Below, piece after piece: positions 12,870 through 27,368 of a DNA stretch of 64,000 nt. The DNA comes from the human T2T-CHM13v2.0 reference genome, Homo sapiens, in NCBI RefSeq assembly GCF_009914755.1, contig NC_060938.1; one strand, given 5' to 3'. Each line of letters starts with the position of its first letter. Positions within the stretch are counted from its first letter, which is position 1. The notes below the pieces were generated by a model. It was not told where the DNA came from. It made no database searches and saw nothing but the letters and a program-made list of their open reading frames with translations. Position numbers and translations under genes: made by a program.

Positions 12870-13992
12870 CACTCAGTGCTGCAGAGCTCTGTCCTTACTT
12901 CTTTTGTCCATCTCTACCCACTGCCCTGGAGACCTTGGTGATCTTTTCTGGTCTCACAGTTTTGATTACCTTCTATTTGCTGAGGACTCCCAAGTTCCAT
13001 CTTCAGGCTGGATCTACTCAGCAACCTCACTAGATGTCCACTGGATTTCTCAAACTTGACACATCCAATGGAAACCTCTGATCTTTTCCCAGAACCCCCA
13101 CATGACTTGCGGCTGTCTCCATTTCAGCTGATGGCCACTGTGTGACCTGGTGGTCAGTCATCCTTGATTCCTCTTTCTCACACCCGTATCTGACACGTCG
13201 GCACGCCCTGCTGATGCTTCCTTCAACATCTCACTTGGGCTCCCAGCACTTCTCATCACCTCCACTGCTCCATTCCTGGTCCACATTGTCATCAGCCGCT
13301 ACGTAAATATGGCGATGGCCTCCTAACTGTGTTCTCTATTTCCCCCTTTGCCCCTTGCAGGCTAATCTCAACACAGGTGCTGGAGTGGTCCGATTAAAGT
13401 ATAAATCAGGTCATGGCACTCAAACCCTCTGCTCAAAACCCTCCAATGGTTCCCCATTTCACTCAAAGTAAAACCCAAAGTCCTCACAATGGCATTACAT
13501 GCTCTGCCTATTTTGGCTATGATGACTTCTCTGACCTCGCCTTCTTGTATGACTCCTGTCATTCCCTCTGTTCCAGCTACGTTCCTGTCTTCCCACATAC
13601 TGTGGCCCCCTCAGGGCCCATGTGCTGGCTGCTCCTCTGGCTAGAATGCGTCTTCCCTACATATCTGCATGGCTCTCTCCCTCACGCTTTAAAAATCTTT
13701 GCTGAAACATCATATTTTTAGCCAGGCCCACCCTGACCACCCTAGAGGGCAAACAGATTTTCCCTGATCCCTAATCCTTCTTATCCTCTTTACCTTACTA
13801 TATATTTTCCACAGCAGTTTCCACCAGTATCTAACATACCCAATCATGTATTTATTTCATACATTTAGGCTCTTTTTCCTCACAGGGACATAAGCTCCAT
13901 AAGAGCAGAGGTTTTTGTCTGACTTGTCTAGTGGTGTAGCTCTAGTATTTAAAACAGTGCCAATAGGAGCTTAATACATATTGTTGAATGAA
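12870..13992 (+). mobile_element. L2 LINE 3' portion
   Basis: Degenerate RT motif ('ctatttgctgaggactccc'), typical L2 3' text, terminal 'ttgttgaatgaa'. Confidence 0.85.
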
Positions 13993-16900
13993 ATATTCCC
14001 CTTAAGTTGGAATTCCTTGGGGGGAAAGGAGCTCTAGGGATCTCACCGAAGCGCTTTCTGATGCATCTCATGTTTCTACTTGCTAGCCCTTCTTTCAGTA
14101 TGGTTGCTTTCCATTTAATCTTTGGGCAGCCATGGCATCTGAGATTCTAAGTACCCTCCTCACAGCCTCGCCTGTTTTCTCTGCTTTCCAGATGAGGTTG
14201 TGCTGATCTGGTGAACTGCCCTTTGGAGCTCACCTTAGCCAGGTCATACCGCCACTCTGGGAACCCTGGAATGTTATTTGTTAGTACGGGCTTTCTGGGC
14301 CTCCTGGGTCCCTTACCCAAGCCCTGACCTGAGAGTCCGTGAAACTGAATCCCTCCTGTCTCTGAGTGGGACTCCGGGTGCACATTCCTAGTTCTCCTAG
14401 AGTGTGGCTCTGCTTTTTTTTTCCCCTCTGAGCCAGAAGCTTGGAAACAGAGAGGTAACGAAATGGATGAGAAATAGGGAGTACATTTGAGGACACTTAA
14501 ATACAACCAGGCAAGAAAGTTAAAGAATTTCTTCAAGGCTGGGGATGAAAATTGCTGTGTGTTCATTTAATGAAAATGACATAGAAGAGCCAGTGTTCAG
14601 ACAAAAAATAATTCAGAGATTCTAAAAGTTAGAATTTATCAGTATGCTGAGAAGTCTTTAAAATTCTAATAAGCTTTCAACATTTGTGCCGTTTGCTGGG
14701 CTTAAAGAAACACAAGGAACAAAGAACAAGAATTTCCTCTTAGGTAGGACGATGATGTCTAATGCATCTATTTCCCTTGCTACATTCTATTTCCATTTCA
14801 TTCTGAGATCCTGCTAAATTCGGAAGGTTGCCCTTGGGTTTTCAACACTGCAGGGGATGATTTAAATCTAAATAATAATAAAAAGCCACTGCTTTTATTG
14901 TACTTTTATTTTATAAGTTGATGGAAACATTTCATATACACATTAAGTTTTGTAACCCAATCTTGGTACTTGCTGGGTCCCGGAGGGGCTGTTTCACTAC
15001 TTGGGACTTCCCTTGTGTTTGCATTATCCCTCCAAGGCAGAAGGAGAAAATGCTTTCACTGAAGCCAGAATAGTGTTTTATTTGAAATAATTCTCATTTA
15101 AGGCAAGGCACACACATTCCAAGTGCACATACATGCACACACAGTCTCTCTTATATGGGCTGCATCATAAAATCACAGAGTTTTGGAATTGAAGGGACCT
15201 TAGAGATCATCTGTTCTAACACCAGCATGTTACCTATGAGGAAGCTTCTGCCAGACAGGTTAAGTACCTCATCCAAGGTCACAGGCATGTAGTGAAAGAG
15301 ACCAGGCTACAATTCAGATTCCCTGACTCAAGTCTAATTTTCTTTCTGCTACACCATATTGACTCCAAAATAAGATAATGTATATGAAATCACTTTGAAA
15401 ACTGAAATGTATTACACAGGTATTCAGTGTGGAGAAGGAGAATTACAATGAGCTTGCTTTCTTCAGAGGTGAGCATGACTTGCTCAGGTCTCTTCCCGGA
15501 TAAAGTAAGTTCATGGTGTGTGAATCATGAACCGTATTTCTAATTAGGTTTCTGGGTATGGCCTCCAGAAAATGAGCATCAAAGGGGTCAAACCAAAACA
15601 CAGTCTTCATTCAAGTCCAGCTCGTGTATAGCTCTACTTTTTCTTCCTTCTCACCCTCTCTGTCTGCCTCCCTCTAGTGTCCACCTTTAGTTATTGCATG
15701 TGTGCCCCGCAGAAAGGCTGCATGCAGACTACTATCCACCATGTTCACCATTATTTGTTCAAATTACCCCCCTATTTCTTGATATCAGTAGCTGTCATCA
15801 CGACCAAATTAGGATGCTTTTTATATCAACAGGAATAAATGACTAATATAAAGACCTGGATATTAAGAAAAGTATTTAAAATCGTTTTGTGATTGGAATG
15901 ATAACACATTCAAAGTTTGGTAATTAAATTGTCTTTAATAGACTTAAATCACATAAGAAGCCCTTATAATTAATTGAAATGTTTTAATTACAAACATAAT
16001 TATTTTTAAGGTAGAAGGCCTATTAAATTAACTAACACATGATTCATTAAAAAAATTACTACTTTACATGGAATGCTGTCAATTACTAAATATTATTGCA
16101 AATTACTTGAAGGATTAAAATTTTATTTTGGTACTATTAATAGATTAATGTATTAAATCATATAGTGATTATAAATAATATTTAATTAGTCCTATGTTGC
16201 CTTCTTTAATATATAGACATATCTATATATCTATATTTATCCCTCAGTCATTGTAACGTGTTCCCTTGAAAGAAACATGTCTAACTTCATATTCTAACTA
16301 GGATCCTTGTTAATGTGTAAAATATTGACAAGAACACTCACAACTCATTGGTAGGAGATTCTTTGGTAGCGTTGCCTAAATGCTCTGGATCAAGTAGAAC
16401 AAATTGGCTGCTAACAAAGCCTGTAAACTATGGATCCCATTTCCTGATCTTAAAAGATCCATTCAAAAGTCTGAACGACATTTACAAGTAAGAGCCTTCC
16501 ACCATGTTCCCAGCTCTTTTCAGCCTGTGACAAATAGGTCAACGTGCACAGTGAGAAGGGGAACTGTGCATTGTTCTCCTGCCTCATTTCTTGAGTTGGC
16601 TGTACCTCCTGCCTTGATCCTTCACCTGTCCCTCCACACTCCTCATTGTCTAGAGATGCACACATGATGCCAAGCACACCCGTGCACACGCACGGGCACA
16701 CATGCACTCTGAAGGCCAAAAGGCAAGAAGTCATTCAGTTGGATGGCTGTAGCTGGGTCTCAGAGGAGACGGTGTGCAGCTGGAAGCGCCATGCTTGCTG
16801 GTTTACTTGCTGCTCAGCAATATGGAGTGCTTTGCCAACAGACTCCTACTGCTTCTTCCCCTCTTGAGGAGAAACTGTCAAACAACACGAGGATAAAAAT

Positions 16901-17099
16901 TAAGCTACAAATAAAAATGTTTACAGCTTTCAATAGAAAGTCAATCCTATTTTAACACTCCAAAAGTATTCTCCAAAAAGTTCAGTGACACAAATTGCGA
17001 GGGTGATTTATTGCCGGGTGAATGAAATGACCAGATGCCCGCAATCTGAATGGGGCTTTTCAGGGATGCTTTCGGGAGGAGTTTCACTGGACCTCTGAG

Positions 17100-17547
17100 G
17101 TAGGAAGTTGGGGGTGAGTATTGTTTCCACTGCCTATACTTTTTCCTTTACCTTCTTCTGGCGACAGACCTCTCCTTCCTCCCTGTTGGGTGCATGTGTG
17201 ACCCAGAAGAGACCAGTCACAGCTGCTCTTCCCCAGCCACAGGGGTGAGTCCAGGGACAGACACAAAGCAAGGCAGAGTCCTTCCCCGAAACTGTGCTTT
17301 CTTCATGAGTCTATAAGGGCGCAAGTCCAGATCTCTGGTAGCGAAGGAAGCAGTCTTTTAAGGATGTGCAGACCAAGGGAAGAGGCAGGAGTGGCTGCCT
17401 AAGAAAGAATGCCCCAGTGCCACCGTCCCCAGGGCCAGTTGCACCCATATTCTTTCTTTGCAGCTTAGGATTCTCTCCCCTTTTTGGCATAAGTTAACTT
17501 GAATAGAGTTGCTGTTACTTGCAAGTGAAAGAACCTTAAATAATACA
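17100..17547 (+). mobile_element. Old MLT1-type MaLR LTR
   Basis: 3' end 'gttgctgttacttgcaagtgaaagaaccttaaataataca'. Confidence 0.55.
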
Positions 17548-17735
17548 GAAATGACTCCAAGATTTAGGTCAGAAGACACATTAGTGAGGCAGCAGTTGCA
17601 AGTGACAAAATTCCGTCTTCAATTAGTTTAAGCATAAAAAATAAAGGATTGGCTTGAGGAACAGAAATGTTCAGGAAAGCCTTCAATTTAGGTTTCCCTG
17701 ATTCAAGCACTCAGACGATATCTTCAGGATCCCAC

Positions 17736-18322
17736 TGAAGGCGTTCTGGAAATGCCAGCCCCAAATATGCCACTGTGGTGTGCTGATGACTTTGAAGTCA
17801 GGGGACTTGGGAAACAGTGATGCAGGCAGAGACTTTCTCTGAGCCCCTTTATCTGCCTAAAGACGGATCCTCCGAAAGGAACTCAATTGTCATGAATCCC
17901 CTCCTGGGAATCTTCTCAACTGGGGAAGATTAACTCAGCTCACAGGAAAGAAGAATAGAGGTTGGCACCAGCCCAGGCAGATTGTCACCTCTGCTCCTGA
18001 GACAATATTTGTTACCGGAGAGACTTTTATCTGCATAACAAGACAGCCTTTATTCGCACAAATTTCCTCCCCTCACGCTCCCATAACTTGTGTCCCCACC
18101 ACCCCCCAAAGCCCCAAGCCCCTATTCCTTTCTGTAGCTCAGGATGCTGCATAAGCTTCAATCACTTGGCCCGTCTTCAAGGTTTATTCTGCAGGACTGC
18201 CATGCATATGTATATAATTAAACGTGGCTTTTCTCCTGTTACGCTGTCTTATGTCAATTTAATTCATAGCCTAGCCGATGAACCTAGAAGAGTAGAAAGA
18301 AACCACTTTTCGCTCCCCTGCA
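17736..18322 (+). mobile_element. MER34-family ERV1 solo LTR with 4-bp TSD (CCAC)
   Basis: Starts 'tgaaggcgttctggaaatgccagccccaaatatgccact', ends 'cccctgca'; CCAC at 17732-17735 and 18323-18326. Confidence 0.8.
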
Positions 18323-20531
18323 CCACTTTTTCTCCAACCCTCTGCTCCGTCTGTCTTCCCCAGTGTTAGTTTTCTTCCCAGGGTGGCTCTCTGGCTTTCT
18401 CTGCACATGGTAAATATCTGCCACGTTGCACCCCGCCCCACCTGAGGAACTTCGCGCTTGCAAGGTTCTTAGTTCCCACAAAGCAGAAGGAAAATTCCCC
18501 TCCCTCCCCTGACACCCACATCACCCCCAAAGTGAACCAATCACTGAGTCCAGAGGTGTGGGTGCTCCACTTGGTCAGACATGCTCTGGGCCTGACCTGG
18601 AGGTGGAGCTACTTTCTCACTGCACAAGCAGGATTTTTGCCATAGAAATGGGAAAAGGATGACCCCCACTGACCCCCACCTCTTTGGGAGAAGATAAAAC
18701 TTGTGGTAAAGGGAAGATTGAACATAGAATACAAGGAACAGGCAAAGCAGATCAGAAACTATGAAGCAGCAACAGAGGCGGCCGGAAGATAACATGTCAG
18801 GCATGCAACCCACTGGCTGCTGAGACACCGGACATCCACAGAGCGTCTGCTGTGCGCGCAGGGCAGCACCAAAACACTGCACGTTTTGGTTGCTGAGCCA
18901 TCTCCTGAAAGGGAATCAGTGCAGGCAGCTGGCAAAGCAGTTCAAGGTGGTCAAGGGGCGGATGGCAAAGAGGAGGACAAGGTGAACAGCACCAACCAGC
19001 CATCCTACATCTGCTCAGCTGGGGTGGCGGCATCCTCCTGGGCACATAGGATGTGAAATCTGCTGGTGGCGTTTTGTTTTTCTCTCCCTTTTGTTTGTTT
19101 AATTGACAAGAGTATGTTTCTCTTTCTCTTGGCTTGACTATCGTGAGAAAGGAGGGCGGGCTCAATTAGCTGTAGATGCCTTTCCTGGAGGCCTAGGAGC
19201 TGTTTAAAAAGGCACAGGTGTGTGGTGGCTACACGGTATCACCTGGGATTTACTCCCATAAATGGGTCAGGTGTAAAAGAACGGCCGTTAATTAATGCTG
19301 ATGAGCTGAAGATGCATTGCTTACCCTGACTGCTCAGCATGGAATGTGTGAGTTAATTCCAGGAAATCTAATTACTGAAGTTTCTAGTTTGCCTCTCCCT
19401 TCCCTGCGATGCTAGCATTTGAAGCATTGAAAGCATCTTTAGGGAGCCTGGGTGTTACTTTAGACTCATCTCTCCTCCCTGCAGTGTGTGGCCTTGGAGA
19501 AATGGGTTGGCAAGAAATCCCAGCCTGAGAATTGAATTAAAGGGAAAGGAGATGCCTGGCTTCAGAGGAGAGCTATGATTTTGGGGGTAAAGGAGATAAT
19601 CTCTTTTTCATAGGAAGGACTTTGCCCTTGGTGGGACCCAAAAGCAGAAAGAGATTCAGAGGTTGGTCTGGTTAGCTGTGGAAGTCATTGGCAGGGCAAT
19701 AAATCCATCCCAGCTGAGAAAACTGTTTACGTACAGAACCAAACCAAGCAAGTCGGGCCTTAATAGGCTAAAGCTGGTTGGCTGCTTCCAATCCTGAATT
19801 TGGTTCTATCCTCCAAATATTGATTTAAAGCACTTTTGATTTCACAAACTCCTTTCAAACCTGGATCAGGAGATGGTATAACCTTGGCTGTAAGCAGGTG
19901 GAAAGGCAGATGGAATGAGGAGGGCACAAGGAGTCAGTGAGGGTTTAGCTCCATTCTCCAGGTACTATATTCTTGCAAGGGGGCTGCCATGTACATAAAG
20001 TGGCCCTGGGACTTTAGAGCACTGCCTTTAAACTGGCATCAGCTGGAGATGCTAGAGGAGTAGAAGACAGGTTCTTACCCTTCTGGAGGAAACAAGCAAC
20101 AAATAACAAACCACGGCAAGAATATCTAGAAATGTTCCTATTAACCGGGATAAGAGCAACTATCAGTTAATGCAGCCTAGGTAGCCCAGCAAGGGACTTG
20201 GGCAGTTGGACATGCAGATGCAACAAAGAAAAGATGGAGTTGGGCTAGTCCTCTGGAGGGGACAGGGTGGGGGCTCGATTTTGGTTCTAAAGATGGAAAG
20301 AAAAATTGGCTAAGAAATCACTCAGTACCCACTGAGAGCCCACTCTGAGCAAGACGTGGCACGAAGGATTGGAGTTCAAGCCAGAATGTATCTCCTGATT
20401 CTGCTGAAACAGGCCCTCTCCAGCCACCTTCACCCAGACCCAGCTGAGGACCACCCAGGAGGACAGGAATGGGGAGGGAAGGCAGCAGGGTCACTAAGGC
20501 AGAGTCAAATTTTCACCTGCTGCATGGTTCC

Positions 20532-21498
20532 CGTAGTGGCCAAGAGAAAGCTTCCCCTTCATCCTCTGAAACTTCACTGAAAAATCAACTCACAAAAGGC
20601 AGATCAATGGGAGAAATGGCATATAAATTTATTAACATGCATTGGGGGGGATCACAAAGGGATTATCTTATGTCTGCCTCACAAAGGGGTACGGATGGTT
20701 GTATACCCTTTTTCTTAGGAGAAAGGGAGATGGGGGAGTGTGGATGATTTTAGAGGGGCAGTAAATGATTTTTAGGGGAATTCAATGGGCTTGAAGAACA
20801 TACAGTGACCTGGGACAAAGTCTGTTGGGCCCACAGAGCAGACCATGGTTTGTGTCAAGTCTGTCCAAGTCTGTTAGACTTCAGTCTTTCTTCCTGTGAT
20901 ATGAGTTCAGTTAATGAAGACTCCGGGAAGGGATTGGAAGTAACTCTTTTCTTCTTTGGTGGCTCTGGACATTAGGCAGATGATATGGTTTGGCTCTGTG
21001 TCCCCACCCAAATCTCATCTTGAATTGTACGCCCATAATTCTCAGGTGTTGTTGGAGGGACCTGATGGGAGATAGTTGAATCATGGGGGCAGTTTCCCCC
21101 ATACTGTTCTCTTGGTAGTGAATAAGTCTCATGAGATCTGATGGGTTTATCAGGTGTTTCTGCTTTTGCATCTTCCTCATTTTTCTCTTGCTGCTGCCGT
21201 GTAAGAAGTGCCTTTCACCTCCTGCCATGATTCTGAGGCCTCCCCAGCCATGTGGAACTGTAAGTCCAATTAAACCTCTTTTTCTTCCCAGTCTCGGGTA
21301 TGTCTTTATCAGCATCATGAAAATGGACTAATATAGCAGGCGAGGGAACTTCAGAGAGCAGCTTCCTCCTGTGCTTTGGGAGAGAGAGAGGATTGAGAGA
21401 CAGGAGGGAGGCGAAGGCCAGAGAGACCTAGAGGCCGTTTCTTCAGTTCAGCATGTCAAGGTGCCAGATTTTGGGGTATTGGTTTCTGACCCCTAACA
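20532..21498 (-). mobile_element. MER39-like ERV1 LTR interrupted by a THE1 LTR
   Basis: Right end reverse-complements to 'tgttaggggtcagaaaccaataccccaaaat...catgctgaactgaagaa'. Confidence 0.7.
20981..21335 (+). mobile_element. THE1 (MaLR) solo LTR
   Basis: 'tgatatggtttggctctgtgtccccacccaaatctcatcttgaattgt' to 'aaaatggactaatata'; 5-bp TSD gcaga/gcagg. Confidence 0.92.
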
Positions 21499-22727
21499 GT
21501 ATCGATTCTAAATAATAATTAGAAGCTAGGAGGAGGTCCTCTGTCATTGTGCAATGGGATGTGTTGGCTGTACTCAGGTCTGGGATTCAGACTCCATGGA
21601 TGGGTGACGATAAATATCTTATCTCCCCTAATTTCTCTACCACATTCAGAAACAACGGCTGTCACACTATTTAATTTGTTCTAAAGAAAAATCAAATATG
21701 TCTCTGAGCTCCCAGGCACCAGTGATAAGAAGTCAAGATTGGTTATGGGTTAGCCCCACCTCTCCCTGAGGATCTTGCAGAAATCCCAGGGAACCCAGGT
21801 GGAGCGTGATGTTCTGGGGCAGAGCCCCTGGTCGCCACCCCCTTAGGGTCAATACTGAAGAGATGATGGGAGGAAGGGCGTGCCCACTGCTTCTGGGCTG
21901 AGTAGGATCTTGGCAGAGGCTCCCAAACTTCCAAGTCTGGTGTCCATCTCCTGGCCACCTACACGTGAATGGTGGCATGTGCCATGGTAGGTTTAGCAGG
22001 TGATCCAAAATGTAGATCCCCATCCACATTGACAGATTGGAGTGGCCCTGCCCTCAGTGACCCAGGCTGATGGTTTCAGGTGTTGAGTAGAAGGAGCTAT
22101 GCGTGACGGGGGTGCATCCTGAGCCCTTGGTGGAGCCTTCTGCAGCCTGGACTGCAACGGCAGAGGCTAAACCGGGGAAGGCTGGGCTAGGCGGCTGGTG
22201 AGCCATGCTTCTGAGCAAACCATGGCCCTGAACACTGCTCCTGTCTCCAAAGACCCTGGCTGCTTTTCTGTCTCGGCAGGGGTGGTGCCTAAGTAAGTGA
22301 ATCCCTCAGGAGGGGCTGGTAGGGCAGGGCTGGGGCATGTACCCTCAAGGGACCCGCCTGGGGTCTTGGCCCTTCATCAGGCTGCCGTAGGGCAAGGGAC
22401 CCTCAGAAACCAGGCAAAGCCTGGAGACCCTGCAAGGAAACTGGGTGGGGGTTGGAGCTGCTGAGCTCTGGGGCAGTCATGTAAATATCGTTGTTTATTT
22501 GCAATGGTTGTTGTTAAATGCCAGATAGGTCTGGTGCATCTCATTCTCAGTGGTATTGAGATACCAACGGTTCCTCACCACTCTGGGTAAGGCATGGAAT
22601 GGTAACATGTTCTAATAGATAATGAAGATTGTGTCTCTGGAGGATTTCCTCCTAAATTATAGGCTGTCATCTGAATTATGTGGTACATTTGGTATTGGGT
22701 TTAGCAGGTGATCCACATTATGCATTA

Positions 22728-23082
<355 letters not shown>

Positions 23083-24825
23083 AAGAAATATGGAAGAAAG
23101 ACTTCCCAGCATGAAACTCGATTACTACCTGCTCATCGGTGGCTTCTTTCTATCAGGTTGTTAAGCAGGTGGCAATAATTTATTTTAAAAATAATTAAAT
23201 CTTCTCTCAGAACATGTGCCGTATTTGTTATTGCTGTTGTCACCCCCATTATTGCAGCTGTTAATTACTTCAGAAAGCAGAGGTGTAAGTAACTATTTAG
23301 GTCATTTCTAATCTCTCTCTGGAGGACAATTGCTTCTTCTAGCATGTTCTCCCAGGCTTTGGTAGGCCTGGTTTTAAAAGTATCCTGAAATGAAGTCCTG
23401 GCCCTTCCCCGGGGAAAGCCTGTTCCATGGTTACATCTGATCACGAGGATGAGCTTCCTCTTGTTACTCTTTCTCAACTTTCTTTTCTAAATGTCATCCT
23501 AGCAATCATTAATCACAGTGAATAAAAGTTATAATTAATAGAGGCCCAAATCGTTCAAGTGGAAGATTACTCTTTTGAATTACTGTGTTTTTCTTGGAAG
23601 ATGTCCTCGAGTTAATTATTTAGTATTTAGGGTTTTGTTTTTTTTTTTTTAACCACAGTTTCACTTTTAAGAAGAACAAATTGATCACAGTAACTTGGGG
23701 GTGAGGGGATTATGTATAATGTATGCAGGAGACCCGTGTTAAAAATAAACAATAAACACAAGGCTGGGGGCTTTGCTGCTCCCCCTGCTGGCTTTTTAGA
23801 AAGGAAAAAGATAAGCAGCCTAGACTCAGAGCTGTGTAGATCCTAAGGAAGCTGCAGGAAGCTGGTGAAACATGCAACCAAGAGATTCCCGCTGTCGGAT
23901 TCCATTAGATGTTGAGCTGGGCTCTGGGTGAAGGATCACAGTGGGTGAGCAGAAGAGCTCGCTTCCAAGCATACAGGAGGGTGTGGTGGCTGCAGGGCCC
24001 CTGAGGCCTGCCACTCAGCACACTAAGAAATTGTATCTTTTAGATGGAGCCATCTTGTGTCCCCAGGATTAAAAACCTTCATCCACACTGGGAACAAGGA
24101 ACATTTCAAGTTCTAACCCAAAATACAGAGGCAACTGTTCAAAAGTCAGCGGTGAAAGAGTGCAAACTAAAAACCATACGCTGTGAGTCTCTGGTTCTGT
24201 GGTTGAGGGGAGAGGCAGAGAGTACAGAAGTGTCCTGAGCCCCTCCCTGTCCCTGACCTGCTGGCTTGGCAACTCAAGACAGCATCCCTCCTGGGGCTAG
24301 TGTTAGGATTATGTTCCCAGTTACAATTCATATTTATATCCTACGTTCCCTTGTTGGCTCATTGGTGCCACTTGTTTTTAAAAAGGACATCTCTGTGTAT
24401 TCTCAAGCTCAGCAACTTCTGGGCTACAAAGCCCCAGGGAGGAGTCCTGTTATGCTGCTGGGCTCTGTGTTGTTTGCGGGATCTTGCTGGCATTGGGTTA
24501 CAACGTCTGGACCTCATTCTCGCTGACCTCAATTCGCGCTGCTGGCCTTGGGAAAGCCCTGAATCAAAGGTTTGTCAATTGCAATGGAAATCTGTGATAG
24601 AAACAGAGCGGCTCGGGCATCTCCACTGAAGTCCTGTACTATGCAGGGGTGGGGACAGAACGGCAGCACTTAACTCCAGGTCTAAGGGGCTAAAATTCAT
24701 TCGTTCATTCACTCATTCACCCACTCACTTAATAGGCATTAATATAATTACAAATTAGTTCCTGTAATGCAATACACTGCAAAGTGAGTCCCTGTGCCTT
24801 TTCATCTTTCCACGTTGTGAAAAAT

Positions 24826-25318
24826 TGTTGGCCATAAATGGCCTCGATGATTCCTCCCTATATACACTTTTTAAAAATGTGGCTTTGCAGTTTTCTCCGT
24901 GGAAGAGAAGAAATCTGTTTCTCCTGCCTTTGAATCCAGGCTGGTCTTGTTACCTTTTTGGATCCAGCAGGCATGGCAGGAAGGATGGTTTGGAGCCAGG
25001 GCCTCAGGAGGCCTGGCCCACTTCTGCTCCACTCTTTCGGAATCCTGCCACCTTGAGAGCAGGCCCAGCACAGTGCTATTCTCAGCTGGAAGAATAGAGA
25101 ATGGAGGACAGTCCAACTGTCCCAGCTTGAGGACATCATAGATCCTCTTACAGCCTGCCGGCCCCCGACCTGTGTGAGACCAGCCCAGGTAAGAAACGCT
25201 GCTGACTGCAACCTTCAGCTGACTGCAGACACACGTAGGCTTGTGAACAATAATCAGTGTTTACTGTTTCAAATCACTGTTTCAGGATGGTTTGTTACAC
25301 AGCAATAGCTAAGATACA
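24826..25318 (+). mobile_element. MLT1 (F/G/H-like) LTR
   Basis: Ends 'ggtttgttacacagcaatagctaagataca'. Confidence 0.75.
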
Positions 25319-26269
25319 CACACACAGAGAAGGAGCATGCATCAGTGGAATTTCCACTTTGGTGGGAACATAGAACCAAGTGCTAAATTTCCCATCAAGC
25401 ATGCCAAGTGCATTCTTAGCAATGGGCACACAGAATCCGTCCACTGACCCTGGAGGAGTCTGTTGTTACTAGGGATTCCAAGATTCCTTGTCCATCTGCA
25501 GGGCCATGGAAGCTAAAGGAGACTGTGGCATCATCGCTGGAAAGCCAACTTACTTCGGATAGCTAAAATGGGCTGGTTCCAACTGCAGCCAGGCTTTTAG
25601 AAACTGGGGAGGGGGAGAGTTGCCATGACAACCAGCATACCCTCACTGTGCTACCTAACGCTCACAGTGGTGGGGCTCAATGACTGTTGTCCACAGCAGG
25701 CCCAGGGTGAGGGTGAGGCACGGCAGAGGGCTGGGCATATCAGGCAAGACAGGCCTGGTTTTGCCTACAGTGATGCCCCATACTGACTGGCTAGGTGAAT
25801 ACCCACCATTATTAAGGTAATGCAAAGACTCTAAGAAGAGGATGACTCATTTTCAGGTGTGCAAAGTAAGGAGAGCCCACTTGTGGCGGTGGTGAAGAGA
25901 GCCGGCCGTGTGGAGGAGGGAGCGCTGGTCTGGCTTTGAGGATGCAGGAGGTCCCATTGCTGGTCCCTCACTCCCTCATCTTCACCACCTCCTGGAGAGG
26001 CCTGTGGGCTGTGCAGCCTCTGATGAGCATGTGAGAGAGACTGTTGTTGCTGGTCTCATTATCTGTCCTTTTAGGCAAAGGAATTCCTATATGTTTCAGA
26101 ACAGAGAGCTCACTGTGTGCCTGTAAATGCCAAGAAACCAAGACACCATCCGTTAGGGAGCCTGCTCTGTGTGCTGAAGCAGGAGGTGGGGCACGTGGGC
26201 CATCTCCAAAGGCTCATAGTGCTGGTATGGGACACCCCAAAGCTAGGCTTGGACTCCAGTCTGTAGAGG

Positions 26270-26790
26270 CAGGGTTTCCTCTCAGTGGTGCTTGGCCTCC
26301 TGCGTCAGGTTCCCCTGGGGGACTTGTTAGACATGTAGACTCCTGAGTCTGCAAACCTACCACCTCAGAACCAGGGGGACTGGGTCTGGGAATCTACGGG
26401 TTTAGTAATCTGCCCTGGATGCTTCTAGCACACTAACTTGGAGAACCACCACCCTGAAGGAAATTACCCCAGCCCAGCAGGACCAGCAAGAGGCCTCCTG
26501 TGCAGGCTCCAAGGCCCTGTGGGCAAGTACAGTGCTCCCTCAGGCCTTACAACCACCCTGTTCTGCACACGTTTCCTCTTCTCTCCTAGTGGCTTCCAAA
26601 CATACCTGCATACCAGAATTGCCCGGAAATATTTTTCTTAAATGTGTATTTTAAGGCCCCCTCCCAGGTTAACTAAATCAAAATCTCAGGACAGGTGCCA
26701 GAAATCAACAAGTAATTTTAGAAAAAAATATAAAAAACACTCTCTAGTAGTCTTTGATGCCCAATCAGATGAGGGGACCACTGGGCTCTG
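26270..26790. mobile_element. Two MER5-type hAT-Charlie MITE remnants (~26270-26455 and ~26585-26790)
   Basis: 'gggaatct...ttagtaatctgccctggatgcttct...ttggagaaccac' and 'agtggcttccaaac...gggaccactg'. Confidence 0.6.
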
Positions 26791-27368
26791 CCAATCAGGG
26801 TCATACGCAGAGGACACCAATAGGTGATTCATTCTTAACTCAGTGCTCAAGGATCCAAATCCACCACCAGCCTTGGAGTGTGTTTACCCAGGATATGTGT
26901 TTTTTCCTTTTATTTTGGGGGCGATCTGAGTCAACCAATTTTTGAGTCTTCGAAACCCAGAGGGAGAACAATGAATGTGAACTTGTAGGAGGCAAACTAA
27001 AACAACATGCCATCTGCAACAAAATCAGCATAAATTCCCCAAATGGCATCGTGCTGCCAAGACAACTCTCCAAGGCTCCGCTGTCTGCCTCAGTAGAGTA
27101 CAAGCCCTGGAGAGGTTCAGTTATCCTCCACACATGTGCTCCTAGGGAGCCAGGCAAGAGAAGAGACTGGAATGTTTAACAATAAAGTTCCCAGGGTTTA
27201 GAATACAGTGAGGGGCAGGTAAGCCAGAACTCGCTCGCAGTTCTGTTACAGCTTTGATTGCTGATAATTGGTCAATGGTTTGGTTGTGATACTTGCATTA
27301 TTAACCTAGTTGAAAAAAAAACTGATAGATGGTGCCTTTCTTAGGGACACATATCACAATTGAGTATC

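Noticed and set aside
13735-13755. CTCF-like motif 'ccctagagggca'
   Set aside because: Partial match inside an L2; cannot be supported without a PWM or ChIP data.
20911-21331. 135-aa ORF
   Set aside because: Antisense translation of the THE1 LTR.
22312-22335. G-quadruplex motifs (also 44596-44616 and 58990-59040)
   Set aside because: Common in the genome; no contextual support for function.
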